A DNA stretch of 64,000 bases from the NCBI GenBank assembly GCA_947085505.1, contig CAMTWI010000004.1, positions 129,800-193,799 on the forward strand. Direction: 5' to 3'. Every line of letters starts with the position of its first letter. The first letter of the stretch is position 1. This DNA comes from an uncultured bacterium. Its GTDB lineage: Bacteria; Patescibacteriota; Minisyncoccia; Phycocordibacterales; Phycocordibacteraceae. Made by a program: the position numbers and the translations under genes. The notes below the pieces were generated by a model, which did not search any database, had not been told where the DNA came from, and was given only the letters and a program-made list of their open reading frames with translations. This document shows, piece by piece, positions 18,378-26,245 of the stretch.

Positions 18378-20018
18378 ATGTTGTGTCCGTATCTGACTCC
18401 TCCACAGTACCTCGTCTTTGCAGAGGGAGTTCCAGCGCTTCTATATTATTCTCATATACCTGCAATAGTTATATCCGTGTTTATAGGGGCATTCATACTG
18501 TTCAAAAACCCCGGAGCACTATTAAATCGACTTCTTTCTTCGATAACTATTCTTTTCTCCCTTTGGGCGTTCTTTAATCTTGTTTTGTGGACTAGTGTTC
18601 ACAGCGATGTGATTGTTTTCCTTTGGTCTTTATTTGGCTTGCTGTATGGCCTTCTTGCAGTTACTAGCATTTATTTCATCACAGTATTCCTAACAAAGAA
18701 GGATGTAAGCTTCGTAGAGAAATGTGTGTATCTGGCCCTTCTGGCTCCGGTGCTCATTTTTACACCAACCGCATTCAATATAAGCGGATTTGATCTCGAT
18801 GTGTGTGGAAGCTCAGGATTTGAAGGGATTGAGTTTATTACTTACTACACGGGCTTAGGAGTAGTTGCTCTGATATGGATTACCGTCCTCCTGATTTATT
18901 GGTATAGGAAATCAGATTCTCTTTTTAGAAAGCAGATAGTCCCTATGGGTACTGGTTTGCTTCTTTTCCTTTCGACCTTCTTTGGTCTTGGCTATCTTGC
19001 CAGCTATCTCAATGACTTGGGTTTTGCTACCGATTACAGCATTGAGCAATACGGGCTCTTTGGTATGACCATATTTATGGGAGTAATCGCGTTTCTCATA
19101 GTTCGGTACCAGGCATTCAACGCAGGTATGCTTGCGGCTCAAGCGCTTGTGTTTGCGCTTATCTTCCTCATTGGCTCGCAGTTCGCTTTTGTAACATCTG
19201 ACATAAATCGAGTACTTGTTGCCATAACTCTAGTTCTTACAAGCGTAGCGGGTATTTACCTCATACGAAGTGTCCAAAGAGAAGTAATGCAGCGTGAGCG
19301 CATTGAAAAGCTTGCACGCGAGCTTGAAAAAGCAAACAAGCAGCAAGTTACGCTCATCCACTTCATCACGCACCAGATCAAAGGCTTCGTAACCAAATCA
19401 CGCAATATTTTCTCTCTTATGAAAGAAGGGGATCTTGGTCCAATTCCTGAAGCAATGAAGCCCATGATCGAGGAGGGATTCCGGTCTGACACAAAGGGTG
19501 TGAATACTATTCAGGAGATCTTGAATGCAGCAAACATTAAGAGCGGCAAGGTTGCGTACAGCAAGGAACCATTTGATCTTAAAGCGCTTGTAGACGAAAT
19601 CGGCACGGATCTCAAGACGGCTGCTGACACGAAGGGTCTTGCACTCAAACTTGAGACCGGTACAGAGCCGCTTATGTATCCTGGAGACAAGGGGCAGCTC
19701 GTTAATGCACTCAAGAATCTCATCGACAATTCAATCAAGTACACCCTAAAGGGAGAAGTGCGGGTGAAGCTTGCACAGGAAGGGAAGACTGTTCGCTTCA
19801 CTGTAGAAGACACGGGGGTTGGTATTACACAGGAAGATATGAAAAATCTCTTCACTGAAGGAGGTCATGGTGCGAACTCAGCCAAAATCAACGTTGAGTC
19901 TACCGGTTTCGGACTCTACATCGTGAAGAACATTGTTGAGGCTCATAACGGCAAGGTCTGGGCAGAGTCTAATGGAGAGGGTAAGGGCTCGCGGTTTATT
20001 GTGGAGCTTCCAGTTTAA
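18378..20018 (+). CDS. sensor histidine kinase with a polytopic N-terminal domain
   Basis: About 8 TM helices, H-box region LIHFITHQIKGF, HATPase_c (GFGLYIVKNIVEAHNGKVWAES). Confidence 0.85.
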   Translation: MLCPYLTPPQYLVFAEGVPALLYYSHIPAIVISVFIGAFILFKNPGALLNRLLSSITILFSLWAFFNLVLWTSVHSDVIVFLWSLFGLLYGLLAVTSIYFITVFLTKKDVSFVEKCVYLALLAPVLIFTPTAFNISGFDLDVCGSSGFEGIEFITYYTGLGVVALIWITVLLIYWYRKSDSLFRKQIVPMGTGLLLFLSTFFGLGYLASYLNDLGFATDYSIEQYGLFGMTIFMGVIAFLIVRYQAFNAGMLAAQALVFALIFLIGSQFAFVTSDINRVLVAITLVLTSVAGIYLIRSVQREVMQRERIEKLARELEKANKQQVTLIHFITHQIKGFVTKSRNIFSLMKEGDLGPIPEAMKPMIEEGFRSDTKGVNTIQEILNAANIKSGKVAYSKEPFDLKALVDEIGTDLKTAADTKGLALKLETGTEPLMYPGDKGQLVNALKNLIDNSIKYTLKGEVRVKLAQEGKTVRFTVEDTGVGITQEDMKNLFTEGGHGANSAKINVESTGFGLYIVKNIVEAHNGKVWAESNGEGKGSRFIVELPV

Positions 20019-20022
20019 TCTC

Positions 20023-20655
20023 ATGAAAGAAATATACCTCGTACGCCATGGTGAGAGCGAGGGTAATGCAGGTACGCACTATCAGAACGAGAACACTCGA
20101 TTAACTGAACTCGGTAGGAAGCAAGCAGCGTTCGTTGCCGAACGTGCAGCAAAGCTTCCCATTGAAGCGCTCATTGCCAGCACTATGGCTCGAGCACAGG
20201 AGACTGCAACGATAGTATCTGAAAAGATCGGTCTGCCAATAAACTCCTCAGAGCTGTTTGTTGAACGCCGCAGACCAACAGAACAGATCGATCAACCCAA
20301 GGATGATCCAGATGTCATGGCAGCCGAGGAAGCAATTATGCAGAGCTCGAGCGTACCTGGCATGCGCTTTTCAGACGAGGAGAACTTCGATGATCTCAAT
20401 GCGCGCTCGCGAGCAGCGTTAGCCTTTCTGGAAACGCACCCAAAGAATAGGGTTTTAGTTGTGACGCACGGAGTATTCCTCCGCAACATCGTTGCGCAGG
20501 TTATTTTCGGACGAGATCTAAAGGGCGAGGACTGTGGACATGTTCTAAACGCATTTATAGCTAGCAACACAGGAATCACCGTTCTTCGATTCAATCCAGT
20601 ATTGGCAAAGCCATGGAGACTTTTGACATGGAATGACCATGCGCATCTCGGGTAG
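20023..20655 (+). CDS. histidine phosphatase superfamily protein (PGM/SixA branch)
   Basis: N-terminal LVRHGESEGN catalytic motif and a later VVTHG. Start at MKEIYLV, 4 nt after the kinase stop. Confidence 0.85.
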   Translation: MKEIYLVRHGESEGNAGTHYQNENTRLTELGRKQAAFVAERAAKLPIEALIASTMARAQETATIVSEKIGLPINSSELFVERRRPTEQIDQPKDDPDVMAAEEAIMQSSSVPGMRFSDEENFDDLNARSRAALAFLETHPKNRVLVVTHGVFLRNIVAQVIFGRDLKGEDCGHVLNAFIASNTGITVLRFNPVLAKPWRLLTWNDHAHLG

Positions 20656-20662
20656 ATAGAAT

Positions 20663-20686
20663 AAGCCGCTCCCTAGGGAGCGGCTT
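20663..20686. terminator. bidirectional terminator between convergent genes
   Basis: AAGCCGCTCCC-TA-GGGAGCGGCTT. Confidence 0.65.
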
Positions 20687-20700
20687 TCAGTGTAGTTTCA

Positions 20701-21354
20701 TCAGGATGATTGATTAGTTTCTTTTGTTACTCGTTTACGTTGGATTCTCGTAAGCTTCGGGAGCGTTCCAGAAGCACGATAGCGCTCCCAGATAGGTTCC
20801 CAGTCCTCACGGAAGCACTCGAGTATGATCACGTCGACATACGCGCCTTCATGGAAGTCATGTGCCTTCCTACGGCCGACAATCTTGTACCCGCACTTCA
20901 GAAGGTGTCCGAGACTAGGTGCATTGAATGCCTTCACCTCGGACAGCAGTTTGCGCAGACCAAGGACTTTGAATGCGTGATACTGTATCCAGAGTTTTGC
21001 TTCAGTACCGTATCCTTTCTCGCGCGCGTTATCCGCGCCGAGAACGGAGCCGGTTGTGGCATGGCCCGAAGGCCACTCAACATGATGTATGCCCGCATGT
21101 CCGAGATACCGGTACCCACGGCCTGTCTCCGTGTCCTCATGTGCAAGGACTGCGAAGACTTCGTGTACCCCCTTGCTCTTGCGGAGCCTCTCTATCCACT
21201 CGTCGAAGTCTTCGGGATAGTAGGGTGGGCGCTGAAGCGTACCGTTGATTGCGGTACGCCGGTTAGGCCACGGCAGGTACTCAGGCCCATACATACGTTG
21301 CATCAATGCCAGCGACATAGTGATGCCTTTGTAGACGATGATATGACTAGACAT
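20701..21354 (-). CDS. GNAT family N-acetyltransferase (RimJ/RimL-like)
   Basis: 217 aa from MSSHIIVYKG with a CAGGAG SD. GNAT core pattern (ARGKGYG-like AREKGYGTEA...AFNAPSLGHLLKCGYKIVG). Confidence 0.75.
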   Translation of the reverse strand: MSSHIIVYKGITMSLALMQRMYGPEYLPWPNRRTAINGTLQRPPYYPEDFDEWIERLRKSKGVHEVFAVLAHEDTETGRGYRYLGHAGIHHVEWPSGHATTGSVLGADNAREKGYGTEAKLWIQYHAFKVLGLRKLLSEVKAFNAPSLGHLLKCGYKIVGRRKAHDFHEGAYVDVIILECFREDWEPIWERYRASGTLPKLTRIQRKRVTKETNQSS

Positions 21355-21541
21355 ACTATTCTCCTGTAAGGAACGTGCTCTGCTCACAAAACGAGAAAAC
21401 CTCGGCTTCTGCAGAGCCGAGGTTTTTCTTTACGAGGGTGTGGGGAAAGAAGAATCGCGGCTATGCATAAGCAACAGAAAAGGCGAGGTCACGAGAGACC
21501 TTCGTCATAATCTGCTTTGCATTGCCGCGGTTGTTCATAAC
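21355..21541 (-). promoter_or_regulatory. candidate structured 5' leader/attenuator of the GNAT gene
   Basis: A predicted minus-strand promoter (TTGACA at 21570-21575, 16 nt spacer, TATTGT at 21548-21553) gives an ~187-nt leader. The leader contains a long imperfect hairpin and an intrinsic terminator ~45 nt before the start codon. Confidence 0.4.
21396..21432. terminator. hairpin with U-tracts on both strands, located between divergent genes
   Basis: AAAACCTCGGCT-TCTGCAG-AGCCGAGGTTTT. TTTTTCTTT follows on the plus strand and TTCTCGTTTTG on the minus strand. Confidence 0.55.
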
Positions 21542-21578
21542 AAATCCACAATAGCGATAACTGAGTTTTTGTCAAGTA

Positions 21579-21588
21579 CTGCTATAGT
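21579..21588 (+). promoter_or_regulatory. extended -10 promoter, near-leaderless tyrS
   Basis: TGcTATAGT, then 7 nt to the ATG at 21596. Confidence 0.5.
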
Positions 21589-21595
21589 CATTGCA

Positions 21596-22846
21596 ATGAA
21601 TCTTGCAGAAGAACTCGAAGCACGCGGGCTCATAGAGCACGTCTCAGCACCAATAGAAACAATCCTTAAGGAGAAGCGAACGGTATACCTCGGCGTTGAT
21701 CCGTCTGCAGACTCCATGCATGCCGGGAACCTGCTCGTAGTGCTTATGATGAAGCGCTTAGCGCTTGCAGGACATAAAATTATGCTCCTTGTCGGTGGCG
21801 GGACCGGCATGATTGGCGACCCTCGCGAGAGTGGCGAGCGCGTACTTTCTGACCAAAAGGTTGTAGAAAAGAACAAGAAGGCTCTCAAAGTCCAGATGCA
21901 GCGGATTGTGGGAACGAACGTAACCGTTGTCGACAATGCTGACTGGCTTCTTAAGGTACACCTTATCGATTTCCTCAGGGACATCGGGAAGCATTTTACG
22001 GTTAATGAGCTTATAAAGCGCGACATCATAAAGCGCAGGCTCGAGAATCCAGACGACAGTATCTCGTATACTGAGTTCGCATACTCCCTGCTTCAGGGCT
22101 ACGACTACCTCGTCCTGAACAAGGAGAAGGGGGTTGATCTTCAGGTTGGTGCAAGTGACCAATGGACCAACATCCTTTCCGGCGTTGAACTTATCCGCCG
22201 GAAAGAAGGAAAGACTGCCTACGCGCTCACAACCCCACTCGTTACGGACTCAACAGGTAAGAAGTTCGGCAAGTCAGAAGGAAACGCTATTTGGCTCGAT
22301 GCGGAAAAGACTTCGCCGTATGCCTTCTATCAGTTTTGGCTCAATCAACCGGACGACATGGTTGGGAAGTACCTCAAGATGTTTACGTTCCTTCCAATTG
22401 ATGAGATTGATACGCTTCTTGATTGGCACAAAGACAATGCGCAAACACGCAAAGCACAGCGCACACTCGCACACGCCGTTACAGAGCTCGTACACGGCAC
22501 AAAGGCAGCCGACGCAGCAGCATCAGCTTCTAGCGCCCTCTTTGGCGAGATGGTGCTTTCTGAACTTGATCAAGGAGCACGTTTGGTTGTACTCAAGGAG
22601 GCTCCGACACTCACAATCCTTAGAAAGGACATCATAGGCGGATTAACCATTCTTGACACCCTCGCCACAAGCCCGCTCAGCTCTTCTAAGGGCGATGCGC
22701 GCCGGCTTATAGAAGGAAAGGGTGTGAGCTTGAATGGCACAGCGGTTGATACTCTAGATCAGAAGCTTGCTGAGGGGCACTTCTCAGGAGGTCTCGCGCT
22801 CCTTAAGAAGGGCAAGCGGGATGTAGTTATCCTTATCCTCAAATAG
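21596..22846 (+). CDS. tyrS: tyrosine--tRNA ligase
   Basis: Start at MNLAEELEARGLIEH. HAGN (HIGH-like), KFGKSEG (KMSKS-like), C-terminal S4-like domain. Confidence 0.95.
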   Translation: MNLAEELEARGLIEHVSAPIETILKEKRTVYLGVDPSADSMHAGNLLVVLMMKRLALAGHKIMLLVGGGTGMIGDPRESGERVLSDQKVVEKNKKALKVQMQRIVGTNVTVVDNADWLLKVHLIDFLRDIGKHFTVNELIKRDIIKRRLENPDDSISYTEFAYSLLQGYDYLVLNKEKGVDLQVGASDQWTNILSGVELIRRKEGKTAYALTTPLVTDSTGKKFGKSEGNAIWLDAEKTSPYAFYQFWLNQPDDMVGKYLKMFTFLPIDEIDTLLDWHKDNAQTRKAQRTLAHAVTELVHGTKAADAAASASSALFGEMVLSELDQGARLVVLKEAPTLTILRKDIIGGLTILDTLATSPLSSSKGDARRLIEGKGVSLNGTAVDTLDQKLAEGHFSGGLALLKKGKRDVVILILK

Positions 22847-22880
22847 TACACAACTTTTATAGTGCTCTGTCTTCCGGAGG

Positions 22881-22889
22881 TGCCATACT
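22881..22889 (+). promoter_or_regulatory. extended -10 promoter, leaderless start at 22896
   Basis: TGcCATACT, then 6 nt to the ATG. Confidence 0.5.
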
Positions 22890-22895
22890 TTCTGT

Positions 22896-23678
22896 ATGGC
22901 TAGGAGATGGAATCTACAGGAAGAGAACTTCTACCGAGAGGAACTACTGGAATTTTACGTTCGGCAGAATATGTCTATACGTGAAGTTGGCATAGCACTT
23001 TGTATTCCAGAGGGCACGGTCTTCGACCGGCTGCAACGGCTATCTGTGCAAACATGCCCTGAGCGTAAATCAAACTATCTTCGAAAGAGAAGTGATATTC
23101 ATATTCCCCATGAGCGATCAAGGAATCTCGCTGAGTTTTTCGGAATCATGCTTGGCGACGGGCATGTATCGCCATATCAAACCATAGTGACTCTGGGCAC
23201 TAAGGAATACGACTATGTGTGCTATGTACAGTGGCTCATGACCAGCCTATTTGGGGCTCCTGCAACCATTAATCTCAAGGGGTCTGGATATCATGATGTC
23301 TATATCGGATCTATCGAGCTAACCCGATGGCTGTGCGCGGAAGGGCTCGTAGCAAACAAGGTCGCTGCGCAAGTAGGAGTACCGGCATGGATACTTGATT
23401 CACGCGAGTATATGCAGGCCTTCCTGCGAGGATTTTTCGATACTGATGGCTCGGTATATAAACTTCGTTTTGGTATCCAGCTATCATTTACTAATCGATC
23501 GATTCCGCTTCTGATTGCTTTACAGGCTATGTTGCGAAGGTTAGGATACCGAGTATCGGAGCTTAGTGTGTTTCGCATTTATATTACGCGACAAGACGAC
23601 GTAGAAAGATTCTTCGCCGAAATCCAGTCTATGAATACGAAGCATCAGGACCGATACAGACACTTGACGCGTCGGTAG
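22896..23678 (+). CDS. free-standing LAGLIDADG-family homing endonuclease-like protein with an N-terminal HTH
   Basis: Two LAGLIDADG-type motifs (FFGIMLGDGHV and LRGFFDTDGSV) about 100 aa apart. N-terminal HTH-like segment MSIREVGIALCIPEGTVFDRLQRL. The last 10 nt overlap tRNA-Tyr. Confidence 0.8.
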   Translation: MARRWNLQEENFYREELLEFYVRQNMSIREVGIALCIPEGTVFDRLQRLSVQTCPERKSNYLRKRSDIHIPHERSRNLAEFFGIMLGDGHVSPYQTIVTLGTKEYDYVCYVQWLMTSLFGAPATINLKGSGYHDVYIGSIELTRWLCAEGLVANKVAAQVGVPAWILDSREYMQAFLRGFFDTDGSVYKLRFGIQLSFTNRSIPLLIALQAMLRRLGYRVSELSVFRIYITRQDDVERFFAEIQSMNTKHQDRYRHLTRR

Positions 23679-23754
23679 GTAAGTGGTCAAAACATGCAGG
23701 CTGTAAACCTGTCGCCTCACGGCTTCGGAGGTTCGAATCCTCCCCGGCGCACCA
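23669..23754 (+). tRNA. tRNA-Tyr (GTA), long variable arm
   Basis: Acceptor GCGTCGG/CCGGCGC, anticodon stem-loop GCAGG-CTGTAAA-CCTGT, 14-nt variable arm, T arm GGAGG-TTCGAAT-CCTCC, encoded ACCA. The D stem is weak in my hand fold. Confidence 0.85.
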
Positions 23755-23757
23755 CTG

Positions 23758-23782
23758 AAAAGGCCTCCCTGGAGGCCTTTTC
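23758..23782 (+). terminator. intrinsic terminator after tRNA-Tyr
   Basis: AAAGGCCTCC-CT-GGAGGCCTTTT. Confidence 0.75.
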
Positions 23783-23796
23783 GCGTCTCCTAGACG

Positions 23797-23805
23797 TGGT
23801 ATCGT
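23797..23805 (+). promoter_or_regulatory. extended -10 promoter, leaderless trpS
   Basis: TGgTATCGT, then 6 nt to the ATG at 23812. Confidence 0.5.
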
Positions 23806-23811
23806 AACGGT

Positions 23812-24768
23812 ATGGAATCAGACAAGCCTATTCTCCTCTCCGGTATCAAGCCGACCGGAGCCGCACACATTGGTAACTACTTTGGCGCAATCAAGCAGTG
23901 GAAGGAATTCCAGACTGTAGGGAGCCATCAGTGCTACTTCATGGTTGCTGACTACCATGCACTTAATTTTGTACAGAATGCTGGCGACATGCGGGACCTC
24001 ACGCATGAGCTCGTCTTAACCTACCTCGCTTCAGGTATCAATCCGGAGAAGGTAGTCTTGTTCAAGCAGTCTGACGTGCCGGCACACACGGAGCTCGCGT
24101 GGATATTCGACACCATCACAACCATGCCGTATCTCGAGCGTGCACACGCGTACAAGGACGCTGAAGCAAAGGGCAGAGAAGTATCCGTAGGTACCTTCAA
24201 CTACCCTATGCTTATGGCAGCCGACATCCTCCTCTACAACACAGCTAAAGTACCAGTCGGACATGATCAAAAGCAGCATATCGAGTACGCCCGCGATACA
24301 GCGGAGAAGTTCAACCGTATCTATGGCGACACCTTCACGCTTCCCGAGGAATTCATCATTCCTGAAGTTGCAACAGTGCCTGGTGTGGATGGACGCAAGA
24401 TGAGCAAGAGCTACAACAACACCATCCCACTATTCTCAACCCGTCACGAGATTGAAGAACTCGTTATGTCCATTGTTACGGACTCGTCCGGAGACCGACC
24501 AGAGAACGTGTACGCCATTCACCGGCTTCTTAAGACTGAACGTGAGCTTGATGCCCTCTATGACGAGCACCAGGGCCGCTACAAGGCACTGAAGGAAGCC
24601 CTTATCGAAGACCTCGATGCCTTTATTGCACCTATGCGAGAGAAGTATCATGAACTCGCATCAGATCCTCGTACCGTAGCAGACGTGCTCGAAAAGGGCG
24701 GGCAGCTTGCACGAGAGCGCGCGAACACCAAGATTGAGGAAGTGCGAAGGGCAGTAGGAGTCTCGTAG
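23812..24768 (+). CDS. trpS: tryptophan--tRNA ligase
   Basis: TGAAHIGNY (HIGH) and KMSKS motifs; 318 aa. Confidence 0.95.
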   Translation: MESDKPILLSGIKPTGAAHIGNYFGAIKQWKEFQTVGSHQCYFMVADYHALNFVQNAGDMRDLTHELVLTYLASGINPEKVVLFKQSDVPAHTELAWIFDTITTMPYLERAHAYKDAEAKGREVSVGTFNYPMLMAADILLYNTAKVPVGHDQKQHIEYARDTAEKFNRIYGDTFTLPEEFIIPEVATVPGVDGRKMSKSYNNTIPLFSTRHEIEELVMSIVTDSSGDRPENVYAIHRLLKTERELDALYDEHQGRYKALKEALIEDLDAFIAPMREKYHELASDPRTVADVLEKGGQLARERANTKIEEVRRAVGVS

Positions 24769-24788
24769 AGGTTACGTATTTGTACGAG

Positions 24789-24825
24789 CCACGGCCGCGC
24801 ATTTCATGCGCGGCCGTGGTATTTT
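24789..24825 (+). terminator. intrinsic terminator after trpS
   Basis: 14-bp stem CCACGGCCGCGCAT / ATGCGCGGCCGTGG followed by TATTTT. Confidence 0.8.
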
Positions 24826-24833
24826 AGGCCTAT

Positions 24834-26237
24834 ATGCAGGACCGCACGATGATAGGAGACCTCGCCGAAAAAGCAGGCGAGAGCGTAACGATTAAAGGAT
24901 GGGTAGACGTGCGCCGCGACCAAGGCAAGCTTGTCTTCTTTGATTTCCGCGATATGTCGGGAACCGTCCAGGGTGTTGTCCTTCCAGGAGACGAGGCTCT
25001 TATGGAAGCTGCAAAGAGCGTCCGGAACGAGTTCGTTGTTTCTATTGAAGGAATAGTGAACAAGCGCCCAGAGAAGAACGTGCAGGAAGGGAAGATTAAT
25101 GGGGACATCGAGCTTGAGATTAAGGGTATTGAGATTCTCAATGCAGCTGAGCCTCTTCCGTTCGACATAACTGAAGACACAAGCGGCATCGACGAGAATG
25201 TGCGTCTTGAGCATCGCTATGTTGACCTGCGTTCAGCACGTCTCCAGAAGAACATTCGTACGCGCAGCGAGTTCGTGCAGCGTTGTCGTGACCATCTCTT
25301 CAAGCGCTCCTTTACTGAAATTGAAACTCCTCTCCTTACCGAATCAACACCGGAAGGTTCGCGTGACTTTGTGGTGCCAAGCCGCTTAAATCCTGGAAAG
25401 TTCTATGCGCTTCCGCAATCCCCGCAGCAGTACAAGCAGCTTCTTATGACTGCAGGATTTGAGAAGTACTTCCAGGTAGCACGTGCCGTTCGTGACGAGG
25501 ATCTTCGTGCTGACCGCGGGTTCGAGCACACGCAGCTCGATCTTGAGATGTCGTTTGCATCTATGGAGGATGTTATGTCTCTTGTTGAGGGAATGATCAC
25601 GGAGACCGTCGAGGCTATGGGACATACCATCAAGCAGAAGCCCTTCCCTCGTATCTCATACAAGGAAGCTATGGAGACCTACGGTGCTGACAAGTTCGAT
25701 ATGCGTACTGAGGAGGACAAGGAAAAGGGTATCCTTGCCTACGCATGGGTGGTTAACTTCCCATTCTTTGAGAAGACTGATGAAGGAACGTGGACCTTCA
25801 CCCACAATCCATTCTCTATGCCAATTCCCGAGCACATCGAGTGGCTCAAGCAAGGGAAGAATATCGAAGATATCCTCACTACTCAGTACGATCTTGTATG
25901 TAACGGATTCGAAGCAGGAGGAGGTTCTATTCGGGCACACCAGCCTGAGATTCTCCGCGCTACGTACAAGGTTATGGGATACACGGAAGAAGAAACTGAA
26001 GAGCGTGTTGGACACATGCTTAAAGCCTTTGGGTACGGTACGCCACCGCACGGCGGTATCGCACTCGGTGTTGAGCGCAGCATCATGAACCTTACTGGTG
26101 AAGACTCACTTCGCGAAGTTCAGGCGTTCCCAATGACAAGGAGCGGGCAGACAGCTGCCATGAAGGCCCCGAAGGCACTTACCGACAAACAACTCGCGGA
26201 ACTTGGTCTTGAAATCAGGAAGAAGCCAACAAAGTAA
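24834..26237 (+). CDS. aspS: aspartate--tRNA ligase, bacterial-type core without the GAD insertion
   Basis: OB-fold N-domain, FYALPQSPQQYKQLLM, motif 3 GGIALGVER. Only 467 aa: the segment after YGADKFDMR runs directly into WVVNFPFFE. Confidence 0.88.
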   Translation: MQDRTMIGDLAEKAGESVTIKGWVDVRRDQGKLVFFDFRDMSGTVQGVVLPGDEALMEAAKSVRNEFVVSIEGIVNKRPEKNVQEGKINGDIELEIKGIEILNAAEPLPFDITEDTSGIDENVRLEHRYVDLRSARLQKNIRTRSEFVQRCRDHLFKRSFTEIETPLLTESTPEGSRDFVVPSRLNPGKFYALPQSPQQYKQLLMTAGFEKYFQVARAVRDEDLRADRGFEHTQLDLEMSFASMEDVMSLVEGMITETVEAMGHTIKQKPFPRISYKEAMETYGADKFDMRTEEDKEKGILAYAWVVNFPFFEKTDEGTWTFTHNPFSMPIPEHIEWLKQGKNIEDILTTQYDLVCNGFEAGGGSIRAHQPEILRATYKVMGYTEEETEERVGHMLKAFGYGTPPHGGIALGVERSIMNLTGEDSLREVQAFPMTRSGQTAAMKAPKALTDKQLAELGLEIRKKPTK

Positions 26238-26245
26238 TAAAACCT

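Noticed and set aside
14625-20700. Genomic island integrated at tRNA-His
   Set aside because: The hypothetical-gene block lies on the 5' side of the tRNA, whereas integrases normally target the 3' end. I saw no direct repeat of the tRNA 3' half and no integrase. Only the local AT-rich look is retained, as a weak finding.
20710-21369. 219-aa plus-strand ORF
   Set aside because: It is antisense to the GNAT gene, which has the SD, the family motifs and a terminator. The same reasoning applies to 62072-62860 and 62355-62855, antisense to the P-type ATPase, and to 27789-28367, antisense to scpA.
21355-21595. T-box leader for tyrS (and similarly for hisS, trpS, aspS, cysS, lysS)
   Set aside because: The tyrS start is only 7 nt from its -10 box. 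The hairpin at 21396-21432 lies upstream of that promoter. No T-box consensus or specifier architecture is visible. The other aaRS genes have spacers too short for a T-box.
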